The notes: a model not told the origin generated them from the sequence alone. Numbered from the stretch's first letter, positions 20,055 to 29,548 are shown. The stretch: 64,000 nt of DNA from Vicinamibacteria bacterium (GCA_963555995.3 OY821641.1:736001-800000), one strand, 5' to 3'. Numbers and translations: made by a program.

Positions 20055-21818
20055 ATGAATCTGAGGCTTGGGAACCGCGAGCGCGCGCGCCATTCTCGAA
20101 AGGGCATGCTGGCGGCGCTCCTTCCGGCGCTGCTGCTGGCCCTGCCGCTCACCGCCAGCTTCGCGGGAGCGGAGAGCGCCGCGGTCCGCGCCCGCCAGGG
20201 CATGGTGGTCTCGCAGAGCGCGATCTCCTCCGAGGTGGGCGCCCAGGTGCTGCGCGACGGCGGGAACGCGGTGGACGCCGCGGTGGCGACCGCCTTCGCG
20301 CTCGCGGTGACCCATCCCACCGCCGGGAACATCGGGGGCGGCGGGTTCCTCGTCTGGCGGCCCGCGAGCGGGGCGCCGCTCGCCTACGACTTCCGGGAGA
20401 AGGCTCCCGCCGCGGCGCATCCCGAGATGTGGCTCGACGAGGACGGCGAGTACAGCTTCCGGATCCACCACCTGAGCCACCGGGCGGTGGGGGTCCCGGG
20501 GACGGTGGCGGGTCTCCGCCTCGCGTGGGAAGAGCAGGGGACGATGCCGTGGGCGCGCCTCGTGCGGCCGGCGGTGGAGCTGGCCCGCGACGGGTTCCGG
20601 ATCTCGCACGGCCTCGCCGGATCGCTGGCGCGGGTGCTCGAGCGGATGGCGCCCTATCCGGCCTCGGTGGCGCAGTTCTCGAAGGAGGGGACTCCCTACG
20701 AACCCGGCGAGGTCCTCCGCCAGCCCGACCTGGCCGCCAGCCTCGACCGGATCCTCGAGAGCGGGGCGGTGGGGTTCTACGAGGGGGAGACCGCCGAACT
20801 CCTGGCCGCCGAGATGGCCGCGAACGACGGCCTCATCACCCTCGAGGACCTGAAGAACTACCGCGCGGTGGTCCGGGAGCCCATCCGGGGCGAGTACCGG
20901 GGCTACGAGATCCTCTCGATGCCCCCGCCGAGCTCGGGGGGCACGGCGCTGGTCCAGATGCTGAACATCCTCGAGGGCTACGACCTCGCCGGGAACGGGT
21001 TCGGCTCGGCGGCGAACCTGCACGTGATGGCGGAGGCGATGCGGCGGGCCTACTCGGACCGGGCGCTGCACCTCGGCGACCCGGACTTCAACCCCGGGAT
21101 CCCCATCGCCCGGCTGACCTCGAAGGACTACGCCGAGGATCTCCGCGCCACGATCCATGAGGAGCGGGCGTCGGTCTCCTCGCCCTCGAGCTTCGAGTGG
21201 ACGACGGAGAGCAGCGAGACCACCCACTTCTCGGTGGTGGACAGGGACCGGAACGCGGTCTCCCTGACCTACACGCTGGAGTTCGGCTACGGGTCGGGCA
21301 TCGTGGTGCCGGGGGCGGGCTTCCTGCTCAACAACGAGATGGGCGACTTCAACGGGGCGCCGGGGCTCACCAACGAGCGGGGGCTGATCGGCACCGACCC
21401 GAACCTCGCGGAGCCGAACAAGCGGATGCTCTCCAGCATGAGCCCGACCATCGTGGCGAAGGACGGGGAGCTGTTCATGGTCACCGGAACGCCGGGCGGA
21501 CGGACCATCATCAACACGGTGATGCAGACCATCCTGAACGTGGTGGACCACGGCATGAACGCCCAGGAAGCGGTGGACGCCGGCCGGATGCACCACCAGT
21601 GGCTCCCGGACCAGATCCGCTACGAGAAGCAGATGTTCTCGCCGGACACGCTCTCGATCCTGGAGTCCTACGGCCACCGGCTGAGCGAGACCGAGGCGCA
21701 GGGCGCCGCCGAGGTGATCGTGGTCCTTCGTGACGAGGGCGTCCTCGAGGGCGGGGTGGACCAGCGCCGCGCCGACGGCGGGGCCGCGGTCCACGACGAG
21801 GACCCGTCGGAGAACTGA
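20055..21818 (+). CDS. ggt: Gamma-glutamyltransferase
   Basis: GGNAVDAAVA, GNIGGGGF, DFREKAP, autoprocessing site ETTHFSVVD, LNNEMGDF, RMLSSMSP. Alternative start at 20106. Confidence 0.95.
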   Translation: MNLRLGNRERARHSRKGMLAALLPALLLALPLTASFAGAESAAVRARQGMVVSQSAISSEVGAQVLRDGGNAVDAAVATAFALAVTHPTAGNIGGGGFLVWRPASGAPLAYDFREKAPAAAHPEMWLDEDGEYSFRIHHLSHRAVGVPGTVAGLRLAWEEQGTMPWARLVRPAVELARDGFRISHGLAGSLARVLERMAPYPASVAQFSKEGTPYEPGEVLRQPDLAASLDRILESGAVGFYEGETAELLAAEMAANDGLITLEDLKNYRAVVREPIRGEYRGYEILSMPPPSSGGTALVQMLNILEGYDLAGNGFGSAANLHVMAEAMRRAYSDRALHLGDPDFNPGIPIARLTSKDYAEDLRATIHEERASVSSPSSFEWTTESSETTHFSVVDRDRNAVSLTYTLEFGYGSGIVVPGAGFLLNNEMGDFNGAPGLTNERGLIGTDPNLAEPNKRMLSSMSPTIVAKDGELFMVTGTPGGRTIINTVMQTILNVVDHGMNAQEAVDAGRMHHQWLPDQIRYEKQMFSPDTLSILESYGHRLSETEAQGAAEVIVVLRDEGVLEGGVDQRRADGGAAVHDEDPSEN

Positions 21819-21844
21819 CTCCCGCAACTGGGAAGGGGGGATTC

Positions 21845-22390
21845 GTGATGTCCTCAAGCAAGCGTTTCGCGGCGGTGTCGCTCGCCGCCACCCTCGCCGT
21901 GCCGGCCGCCGGCGCGGCCCAGGACCCCGATTTCTCCGGGGTCTACAACTTCGTCGAGATCTCCGACCGGCTCTCGACCTCCGGCCAGATCTCCCTCGAC
22001 GACATCGAGGCGGTGGACGCCGCCGGCTTCGACGTGGTGGTGAACCTCGCGCCCGCCCGCTGGGAGCGGAACTTCGAGGAGGGCTTCCGGGTGACGCAGG
22101 CGGGGATGACCTACATCCAGATCCCGGTGGACTGGCAGGACCCCTCGCTGCGGGACCTCGAGCTGTTCTTCGACGTGATGGAGGCGAACGAGGACCGGAA
22201 CGTCTACGTCCACTGCTTCGCCAACATGCGGGTCTCGGTCTTCGTCTACCTCTACCGGACGCTCCGCCAGGGGATGTCCGAGGACGCGGCCTGGCAGGAC
22301 GTCCTCAAGGTCTGGGACCCGCACACCAATCCGTCCACCCCCCAGTGGCCCCGCTTCATCACCGCCGCACAGGAGAAATTCGGCGGCTGA
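21845..22390 (+). CDS. Secreted cysteine-phosphatase/DUF442-like (CX5R) protein
   Basis: Signal peptide; STSGQ, VVVNL, YIQIPV, VYVHCFANMR (CX4R variant). Confidence 0.8.
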   Translation: MMSSSKRFAAVSLAATLAVPAAGAAQDPDFSGVYNFVEISDRLSTSGQISLDDIEAVDAAGFDVVVNLAPARWERNFEEGFRVTQAGMTYIQIPVDWQDPSLRDLELFFDVMEANEDRNVYVHCFANMRVSVFVYLYRTLRQGMSEDAAWQDVLKVWDPHTNPSTPQWPRFITAAQEKFGG

Positions 22391-22401
22391 CCCCCCCGGC
22401 C

Positions 22402-22641
22402 TGGACCGCCGGTCAGTTGCTGCGAAAATGCAGTCTCGCCGAGACGTCCGTTAGCGCAAGTCGCACCGCTGGCTGGGAGCGCCGGTCTTCAGACCGGCAC
22501 GCGCTGCGCCAGAGCGCAGCGCACCGCACGACGCTGACCTGCGCGGTGGCGTTCTGCTTTCGATTCATCAACGCGAACGGTGACACGACATCCGCGGGCC
22601 TTCGGCCCGCGGTGCCGGTCTGAAGACCGGCGCTCCCAGCC
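22402..22641 (+). mobile_element. Composite REPIN-like element, copy 3 (REPs 22475-22498 and 22614-22637)
   Basis: Colinear with copy 1 over ~235 bp. Confidence 0.85.
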
Positions 22642-22668
22642 GTCTCCACCGTTTTCACGCCCGGTGGG

Positions 22669-23067
22669 GTGTCCGCCGACCCGTCGAGCGCACGCTGCCT
22701 AATGCAGGAGTACGCATCGCTCTCTGGACGCCCGCGCATGAGCTTGGAGGAAGCCGTGCAACTGGAAGGTGTGAGGTCCGCAGAGCCCCTGCACCGGGCG
22801 AAGAGTGACGCCCTGACGGCATTGGCAGTGATGCGGGCCGTCGTCGAGCACGGCGACCAACTGCCTGTAGGTTGGCAACCAGGGGTCGGCGGACCCTCGC
22901 GGGCGACTTGGCGCGCCGATCCCTCGACGGAAAAGCAGATTTCGTACGCGCTGTCCCTTCTCGAAAGAACCGGCAGAGAGGACGAATACGAATTCGAGGA
23001 TCTCGAAGCGATGAGCAAAGGCGAGATCTCGGAGTTGATCGACGAACTGAAGGCTGAAACCCGCTGA
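22669..23067 (+). pseudogene. 5'-truncated DEDDh 3'-5' exonuclease fragment with small C-terminal helical domain
   Basis: CLMQEYA...SLEEA...HRAKSDA (ExoIII-like) but no ExoI/II motifs; in-frame stop upstream inside the REP; C-terminal PSTEKQISYALSLL...MSKGEISELIDEL; lower GC. Confidence 0.6.
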
Positions 23068-23122
23068 TTGCAACTTCCCACTGGGGACAGGCGCTATCGG
23101 GCCATCCAGCCCGACGCGCTTT

Positions 23123-23250
23123 GCGGGCCCGTGGCCCGCGTGCCGACCGGAGGTCGGCGTTCCAGGCCGTTGCGCCAGCGCGGCGGAGTGAGGTCCGCGC
23201 TGCCGCCCGCCTGCGGCGGGCTGTGCCGGCTGAAGCCGGCGCTCCAAGCC
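23123..23250 (-). repeat. Two variant REPs: TGGAAC-GCCGACCTCCGGTCGGC (23142-23164) and TGGAGC-GCCGGCTTCAGCCGGC (23225-23246), with auxiliary hairpins
   Basis: Same head + palindrome + AC + hairpin layout as the main REPs. Confidence 0.75.
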
Positions 23251-23260
23251 GTCGGCGCCG

Positions 23261-24250
23261 CTACGACGCGCTGCGGAGGGTGCGCTCGGCTTCGGAGAGG
23301 CCGTCGAGGTCCGGCACGACCAGCGTGCCGCAGCCCTCGGGAGTGAAGACCTCGAGGAGCACGCTGTCGGGGGTTCCCGCCGGGAGGACGTGGGCGCGGG
23401 TCACCCCGGCTTCGAGGGCCTTGCGGATGCAGAGGGCCTTGGGGAGCATGCCGGTGCGGATGGCGCCCGCGGCGCGCAGCTCCTCCAGTCCGGCGAGGTC
23501 CACGAAGGAGACCACGCTGTCCGGGTCCTCGGGGTCGGCCAGCAGGCCGGGCGCCTCGCCCAGCAGGATCAGCTTCTCGGCGCCGAGCGCCACCGCGAGC
23601 GCCGAGGCGACGGTGTCGGCGTTGATGTTCAGGAGGGTTCCGGCCTCGTCGGCTGAAATGGGGCTCACTACCGGGAGCGCGCCGATGCCGAGCAGCCGCT
23701 CGAGGAGGCCGCCGTCCACCCCGTCAATGTCGCCGACGTAGCCGTAGTCCACCGTCTCCTCGGCGGTCCCCTCCTTCACCTTCACCGGCGGCCGGCGGTG
23801 CGCCCGGATGAGTCCGGCGTCCACCCCCGACAGCCCGATCGCGGGCAGGTCGAAGTCCCGGCAGGCGGCGAGGATGCGGGTGTTGATCTCGCCGTTCAGG
23901 ACCATGGTGGTGACCCGGAGGGCCTCCGAGTCGGTGACCCGGCGCCCCCCGACGAAGCGCGTGCGGACCCCGAGCTTTTGGGACAGCTCGGTGGACTGCG
24001 GGCCGCCCCCGTGGACGAGCACCACCCGGATGCCGAACTCGAAGAGGAGCGCCACCTGCTCCACGAGGTCGCGGATGCTCGCCTCCGCGGCGACCGCCGC
24101 GCCGCCGGTCTTGATGACGAAGGTCTTGCCGCCGAAGCGCTTCAGGTACGGCGCCGCGTGGCGGAGCGCCCGGACCCGGGTTTGATTGTCCTTTCGCAGC
24201 CATGCCGGGCGGCGCTGGCGGTCTGGAGACCGGCGCTCCAGGCCGCTCAT
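23261..24250 (-). CDS. argB: Acetylglutamate kinase
   Basis: FVIKTGG, VLVHGGGPQ, GRRVTD, DYGYVGDI, NINADTVA, GMLPK; ATG at 24250 overlaps the argF stop (ATGA). Confidence 0.93.
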   Translation of the reverse strand: MSGLERRSPDRQRRPAWLRKDNQTRVRALRHAAPYLKRFGGKTFVIKTGGAAVAAEASIRDLVEQVALLFEFGIRVVLVHGGGPQSTELSQKLGVRTRFVGGRRVTDSEALRVTTMVLNGEINTRILAACRDFDLPAIGLSGVDAGLIRAHRRPPVKVKEGTAEETVDYGYVGDIDGVDGGLLERLLGIGALPVVSPISADEAGTLLNINADTVASALAVALGAEKLILLGEAPGLLADPEDPDSVVSFVDLAGLEELRAAGAIRTGMLPKALCIRKALEAGVTRAHVLPAGTPDSVLLEVFTPEGCGTLVVPDLDGLSEAERTLRSAS

Positions 24251-25245
24251 GACAGCATCCGGTGGAGCGCCGCCATCTGCGTCCACATGCGGTTCTCGGC
24301 CTGCCCGACCACGGCGCTCCGCGGCCCGTCGAGCACCGCTCCGGCCACCACCACGCCCCGGCGCACCGGGAGGCAGTGGAGGAAACGGCAATCGTCCCGG
24401 GCGCCGGCGAACCAGCCCTCGTCCACCGTCCAGCCGGAGAGCCCGGCGCGCAGCGCGAGGTCCGCCTCCGGGTCGCCGTAGTGCCGGGTCGAGGCCCACG
24501 ACTTGGCGTAGAGCGCGTGGGCGCCCTCCATCGCCCCGGCGGGGTCGTCGCTCTCCCGGACCGACCCGCCCGACGCGGCGGCGAGCCGGCCCGCCTGCGC
24601 CATGACGCTCTCGGGCAGCTCGTAGCCCTCGGGCCGCAGCACGGTCACCTCCATGCCGCGCATCGCCGCCATCCGCAGGGTGTCGGAGGCCACCGCGAGG
24701 GGCAGGGGATGCGGGTGCTGGGTCCAGGAGAGCACGAGGCGGCCGCCCGCCGCCGGGATCCCGAGATCGTCGAGTGTCCGCCAGTCGGCGAGCGACTGGC
24801 AGGGGTGGCGCGCGGCGGACTCCATGTTGAGGAACGGCTTGCCGCAGAGCCCCCGGATCAACTCGAAGCGCGCGTCGGCGAGGTCCTCGGCGAGGTCGCG
24901 CTGGGCGGCGAAGGCCCGCACCCCAAGCGCGTCCCCGTAGGACGCGAGCACCGGCGCCGCCTCGGCGATGTTCTCGGCGGTCTCCCCGTCCATCACCGCG
25001 TCCGGGTCGAACTCCAGCTTGTGGATGAACCGGTCCGGGGCGATCACGAACGAGCCCCCGCCGAGCCGCGCCATCCCGGCCTGGAAGGACGCCTGGGTCC
25101 GCAGCGAGGGGTTCAGGAACAGGAGCGCCAGCACCTTCCCCTCGAGCGCCCGCGGTTCGGGCCGCTCGCGGAGGCGGCCGGCGAGCGCGACCAGCTCGCG
25201 GATCCCGTCCGCTCCCAGGTCCTCGAGCCGGTGGACTTCGCGCAT
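24247..25245 (-). CDS. argF: N-acetyl/N-succinyl-ornithine carbamoyltransferase (ArgF')
   Basis: FLNPSLRT, HPCQ, WTQHPHPLPLAV loop, YAKSW, HCLPVRR, QAENR. Confidence 0.9.
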   Translation of the reverse strand: MREVHRLEDLGADGIRELVALAGRLRERPEPRALEGKVLALLFLNPSLRTQASFQAGMARLGGGSFVIAPDRFIHKLEFDPDAVMDGETAENIAEAAPVLASYGDALGVRAFAAQRDLAEDLADARFELIRGLCGKPFLNMESAARHPCQSLADWRTLDDLGIPAAGGRLVLSWTQHPHPLPLAVASDTLRMAAMRGMEVTVLRPEGYELPESVMAQAGRLAAASGGSVRESDDPAGAMEGAHALYAKSWASTRHYGDPEADLALRAGLSGWTVDEGWFAGARDDCRFLHCLPVRRGVVVAGAVLDGPRSAVVGQAENRMWTQMAALHRMLS

Positions 25246-25256
25246 CGCCGCGGCCC

Positions 25257-26402
25257 TCAGGCGGGGACCTCCGCGAGCGCCGCGACCAGCGCGTCCACGT
25301 GCGCGTCCTCGAGCACCAGGGGCGGCATCAGCCGGAGCGCCGCCGGGTCGGTCGAGGTCCCCGAGAAGATGCCCCGCTCGAGGAGCGCGTTCCGCACCTC
25401 CTTCGCCGGCCGGGAACAGACGAGGCCGAGCAGGAAGCCGCGGCCCTGGATCCGCCGGACCGGGCCGACGACGGCTTCGTTCCGGATCCGGTCCGAGAGC
25501 CGCCGCACCCGCGCGAGCAGGTCCTCCTCGCGGATCACCCGGATGACGGTGGCGATCAGCGCGCTGGCGACCGGGCCGCCCCCGAAGGTGGTCCCGAAGG
25601 ACCCCATCGGCAGGCCGCCCGCGAGCTCCTCGCTCGCGAGCACCGCCCCCGCCGGGAAGCCGCCGGCGAGCGCCTTCGCCGTCGTCAGCAGGTCGGGACG
25701 CACCCCGGACCACTCGCAGGCGAAGGGCCGGCCGCTGCGGCCCATGCCGCACTGCACCTCGTCGAAGACGAGGAGCGCGCCGGCGGCGTCGCACGCCTCC
25801 CGCGCGGCCTCGAGGAAGCCGCCCGAGAGGTCCACCGCGCCCGCCATCCCGAGGACGGGCTCCATGATGACCGCCGCGACCCGGGAATCCACCGCGGCGG
25901 CGAGCGCTGCCGGGTCCTCCCGGGGGACCGTCCGCACCCGGAACGGGGTCTCGGGGAAGGCGTACCACTTCGCGGAGCCGTCGGTGACGGCCGAGGCCGC
26001 CGCGGTGCGGCCGTGGAAGCCGCCGGTGAGCGCCACCACCGTGTCCCGTCCCGGACGGGCGCGGAAGGCCAGCCGCAGGGCGTTCTCGTTCGCCTCGGCG
26101 CCGCTGCTCACGAAGAACGCGCGGTCGAGCCCGTCCGGGGCGAAGTCCACCAGCGCGTCGCCGGCGGCGGCGCGTTCGGGACTCGGGATCGCGGTGGTCT
26201 GGAAGAAGAGGCGGGTGGCCGTCTCCTCGAGGCAGCGGAGGATCGCCGGGTGGCGGTAGCCGAGCCCGGCGACCGCGTGGCCGCCGTAGAAATCAATGAG
26301 CTCCCGGCCGTCGGCCGTCTTCAACAGGACGCCTTCCCCCGAGACCACCTCCAGGGGGAGCTGGGGATAGACGGGGAACAGCGTCGGGGATTCGGCGGAC
26401 AT
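25257..26402 (-). CDS. argD: Acetylornithine aminotransferase
   Basis: DFYGGHAV, SGAEANE, FHGRT, FDEVQCG, AKALAGGFP, TTFGG. Confidence 0.92.
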   Translation of the reverse strand: MSAESPTLFPVYPQLPLEVVSGEGVLLKTADGRELIDFYGGHAVAGLGYRHPAILRCLEETATRLFFQTTAIPSPERAAAGDALVDFAPDGLDRAFFVSSGAEANENALRLAFRARPGRDTVVALTGGFHGRTAAASAVTDGSAKWYAFPETPFRVRTVPREDPAALAAAVDSRVAAVIMEPVLGMAGAVDLSGGFLEAAREACDAAGALLVFDEVQCGMGRSGRPFACEWSGVRPDLLTTAKALAGGFPAGAVLASEELAGGLPMGSFGTTFGGGPVASALIATVIRVIREEDLLARVRRLSDRIRNEAVVGPVRRIQGRGFLLGLVCSRPAKEVRNALLERGIFSGTSTDPAALRLMPPLVLEDAHVDALVAALAEVPA

Positions 26403-26403
26403 C

Positions 26404-26439
26404 GGGTTACGGGGGGGTTACCGGGGGTTACCGGGGGGG
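26404..26439 (+). repeat. G-run repeat GGG-TTAC-G7-TTACC-G5-TTACC-G7 filling the argC-argD gap
   Basis: Seen directly; fits a G-quadruplex pattern. Confidence 0.7.
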
Positions 26440-26441
26440 CG

Positions 26442-27536
26442 CTACAGCCAGGCGGGCGTCGGGACGGTGAGGCCCGCGGTTTCGGGGAAGCCGAGGAGGA
26501 GGTTCATCCACTGGACGCCGCCGCTCGCGGCGCCCTTCCCGAGGTTGTCGAGCGCCGCGAAGGCGACGACGGTCTCGCCGTCGGTGCTGGCGCCCACGAC
26601 GGTGACCGCCGAGCCGACGGCTTCCTTGAGCCGCGGCGCGGAGGCGATCCGGACCAGCGGGGCCCCGGCGTAGAAGTCGCGGAACGCCGCGTCGAGGTCC
26701 CCGGCGGTCAGCGGCGACCGGCTCCTCGCGAAGACGGTGGCGTGGATGCCCCGCGCGAACGGCCCGGAGTGGGGAACGAAGCGGACGCGCGCCGGGGGCT
26801 CCCCCGGGACCGCCAGCAGGTCCTCCATTTCGGGAGCGTGCCGGTGCTGGAGCGGCTTGTAGGCGAACAGGTTCGCGTGGCGGAGCGGATGGTGCGTGGT
26901 CTCCTTCGGCATGCCGCCCGATCCGGTGCTGCCGGTGACCGCGGAGACGTGGAGTTCGGGCTCCACGAGCCCGGCGCGCCGGAGCGGGGCGGCCGCGAGG
27001 GCGACCGCGGTGGCGAAACACCCGGGATGCGCGACCCGCCCGGGTCCTCCGCCGGTGTCGTCCCCGGCGAGCTCGGGGAGGCCGCAGGTGAACGCGGCGA
27101 GGAGGTCCGGCTCCGGATGGGGGGTTCCGTAGATCTCCTGGTAGCGGGCCGGATCGGAGTGGCGGAAGTCGGCCGACAGGTCCACCACCGGCAGATCGCA
27201 GCCGGCCGCCTCGGCGGCGGCGAGGAGCGCGGCCACCTGCGGCGCCGACGCCTTGTGGGGCGCGGCGGAGAACGCGGCGAGGCCGGAGTGCTCCCCGGCG
27301 GCGCGCTCGAGGGTGCGGGGCAGGTCGCCCGGCGCGACGAAGGTCGCGTCCGGAAAGCTGGCCGCCAGGTTGGGGAAGGAGTCCGCGATCGGGAGTCCCG
27401 CGTGGCTCGCCGAGACGGCGCCGGCCAACCGCATGCCGGGATGCCCGGCGATCCAGCGGAGCAGCTCGCCGGCCACGTAGCCGGAGGCGCCGAGCACCAG
27501 CGCTCCGACGGGGCGCTGTCCGTTGTCGTGCATCAT
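26442..27536 (-). CDS. argC: N-acetyl-gamma-glutamyl-phosphate reductase
   Basis: GASGYVAGEL, DLSADFR, HPGCFAT, TGSTGSG, HRHAPE, FVPH, DNLGKGAA. Confidence 0.95.
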   Translation of the reverse strand: MMHDNGQRPVGALVLGASGYVAGELLRWIAGHPGMRLAGAVSASHAGLPIADSFPNLAASFPDATFVAPGDLPRTLERAAGEHSGLAAFSAAPHKASAPQVAALLAAAEAAGCDLPVVDLSADFRHSDPARYQEIYGTPHPEPDLLAAFTCGLPELAGDDTGGGPGRVAHPGCFATAVALAAAPLRRAGLVEPELHVSAVTGSTGSGGMPKETTHHPLRHANLFAYKPLQHRHAPEMEDLLAVPGEPPARVRFVPHSGPFARGIHATVFARSRSPLTAGDLDAAFRDFYAGAPLVRIASAPRLKEAVGSAVTVVGASTDGETVVAFAALDNLGKGAASGGVQWMNLLLGFPETAGLTVPTPAWL

Positions 27537-28006
27537 GAGGTTCCTCCGGGCGGCTCCGGGCGGACCGCCGCCCGCAGCCGCTCCAGGATGCCCTGCTGCG
27601 CCGCCTGGCTGTGACTCGCGACGAAGATGGTGTCGTCGCCCCCCACCGAGCCGGCCGCCTCCGGCCACGCTTCGCTGTCAATGGCGTGGGCGACCCGCTG
27701 GGCGCCGCCGGGGAGGGTGCGGACCACCACGAGGTGCGGCCCGGCGGGGGAGAAGCCCTCGATGAGCGCCGCGAGTCCGGGAAGCTGGGAGCGCCGCTCG
27801 GGAGCGATCCGGTAGCGGCCGCCGACCTTCCGGGCGCCGATGTCGCGGAGGTCGCGGCTCACGCAGGACTGGGTCACCGGGTGTCCCTGCGCCCCGAGAA
27901 CCGCGACGAGTTCCGCCTGGGTGCGGGCCCGGGCTTCGAGGAGCGCGGCGCGCAGCAGCGCCCGGCGTTCGGCCGCCTCGTCGGGGTGCGTGGCGCTCGG
28001 TTTCAT
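27533..28006 (-). CDS. argR: Arginine repressor
   Basis: TQAELV, VTQSCVSRDL, VVRTLPGGA, GSVGGDDTIF. Confidence 0.93.
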   Translation of the reverse strand: MKPSATHPDEAAERRALLRAALLEARARTQAELVAVLGAQGHPVTQSCVSRDLRDIGARKVGGRYRIAPERRSQLPGLAALIEGFSPAGPHLVVVRTLPGGAQRVAHAIDSEAWPEAAGSVGGDDTIFVASHSQAAQQGILERLRAAVRPEPPGGTS

Positions 28007-28027
28007 ATTATGCGCAAAATATACCAC
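28003..28027 (-). promoter_or_regulatory. AT-rich promoter / possible ARG-box overlapping the argR start
   Basis: TGGTATATTTTGCGCATAATATG is an AT-rich island; only a partial match to the ARG-box consensus. Confidence 0.35.
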
Positions 28028-28076
28028 AACTGCGCCGGATGGAAACGCCGGTCCCCGTCCGGTGGCGTCCACGGCC

Positions 28077-28100
28077 GGGAGCGCCGGTCTTCAGACCGGC
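28077..28100 (+). repeat. Single REP (GGGAG type)
   Basis: Exact core. Confidence 0.85.
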
Positions 28101-28210
28101 ACCGCCGCACCGAGCGCGGCGGAACCGTGTACCGCTACTCCCCCGTATGGCGTCCGCGTCCCGGAACCCTGTTCCGCGGTGCGGTGTCCTCCTCTATCCT
28201 CCCTCCGCCC

Positions 28211-28741
28211 GTGCCCGACGCCGACCGCGCTTCCGTCCGCCGCCTCGTCCGCACCGCGTTCGCGGCCGGCGGGGCGGTCTTCGCGTTCATCATCTGGCAG
28301 CTCTATCTCCGGCCGCCGGCGCCCTCGGTCCCCGAGTGGACGGCGGCGCTCCCCGCGGTGAACGCCGCCTTCAACGCCACCACCACCTCGCTCATCGCCC
28401 TGGGGGTGGTCTCGATCCGCGCCGGCCGGCGCCGGCTGCACATCGCCTTCCAGATCGCGGCCCTTGTCTCCGCGGCCCTCTTCCTCGCCGGCTACCTCAC
28501 CTACCACCACTTCCAGGGGGACACCCCGTACCCGGGGACCGGGATGCTGCGTCCCGTCTACTTCTTCTTCCTGATCACCCACATCCTGTCGTCCGCGGTC
28601 TCCGTGCCGCTCATCCTCACGACGGTGGCGTTCGCGGCGACCCGGCGGTTCGCCTTCCACCGCCGCTGGGCGCGGGTCACGGTCCCGGTCTGGCTCTACG
28701 CCTCCCTCACCGGCCTGATCGTCTACGCCATGCTCCACTGA
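28211..28741 (+). CDS. DUF420 family membrane protein
   Basis: LPAVNAAFN, SAALFLAGYLTYH, YFFFLITHILS, HRRWARVTVPVWLYASLTG. Confidence 0.88.
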   Translation: MPDADRASVRRLVRTAFAAGGAVFAFIIWQLYLRPPAPSVPEWTAALPAVNAAFNATTTSLIALGVVSIRAGRRRLHIAFQIAALVSAALFLAGYLTYHHFQGDTPYPGTGMLRPVYFFFLITHILSSAVSVPLILTTVAFAATRRFAFHRRWARVTVPVWLYASLTGLIVYAMLH

Positions 28742-28955
28742 CCGTCGAGCGGTTCCCGGACGGGGCCACATTCTTCGACAAGTTCGTGTCGTGAGGCCGG
28801 GTCAGTTGGAGGCCCCGTCCGAGAACCGCCCGGCGCTTCGCGCTGCGCACGTCGCAACCTCACCCCCCTCACGGCGCGCACACCGACTCCACCAGGGCTC
28901 CGAGCCGGAGAAGTACGGGCTAGGGTTCCGGTCCCTCTCGAAAAGGAGTTGTCCG

Positions 28956-29528
28956 ATGACCCGAATCCCCTTTCCCGCCGTGCTGCTCGCGCTTGCCCTC
29001 GCCCTTCCCGCCGCCGCCCAGGACGCGCTCCCCCGCGGCGCGGTGAGCGCCGACGTCGGCGGCGCGTCCGTCACGATTGACTACGGCCGTCCCGACCTCG
29101 GCGACCGCATGCTCCCCGACCTGCTCAACATGCTGCCGGAGGACCGCGTCTGGCGCGCCGGCGAGAACCAGGTGACGACCCTGGAGACCTCGGCGGCGGT
29201 GAAGATCGGCGGCGAGACGGTGCCCGCGGGCCGCTACAGCCTCTATCTCCACGTCCCGGAGTCGGGCGGCTGGTCCCTGCTGGTGAACCGGCACCAGGGC
29301 ATCGCGCTCGGCGAACTCTGGGACCAGGCGCCGGAGCCGATGCGCGCCGAGCCCTGGCCGATGCTCAGCGGCTACGGCCAGATCGAGGACCAGGAGCAGG
29401 CGCGGATCGCCCTCGACGAGGCCGAGGCCTCCGGCGCCGGCGACGTCTTCGAGATCACCGCCGGCGACGGGACGCTCCGCTTCGCCTGGGGCGGCGTCGC
29501 CTACCAGACCACCCTCGCCTCTCCCTGA
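28956..29528 (+). CDS. DUF2911 family secreted protein
   Basis: RBS AAAGGAG; signal peptide; IDYGRP, VWRAGENQVT, VPAGRYSLY. Confidence 0.85.
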   Translation: MTRIPFPAVLLALALALPAAAQDALPRGAVSADVGGASVTIDYGRPDLGDRMLPDLLNMLPEDRVWRAGENQVTTLETSAAVKIGGETVPAGRYSLYLHVPESGGWSLLVNRHQGIALGELWDQAPEPMRAEPWPMLSGYGQIEDQEQARIALDEAEASGAGDVFEITAGDGTLRFAWGGVAYQTTLASP

Positions 29529-29548
29529 CCGGATAGCCGCGCCGGCCC

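Noticed and set aside
23724-24203. Alternative ATG (MAAKGQ...) as the argB start
   Set aside because: Out of frame with the conserved ArgB sequence; would need a frameshift for which there is no evidence.
28777-28792. GACAAGTTCGTGTCGT resembling the inner IS21 IR (34236-34252)
   Set aside because: Short isolated match with no terminal TGT motif or partner end; may be chance or a faint scar.
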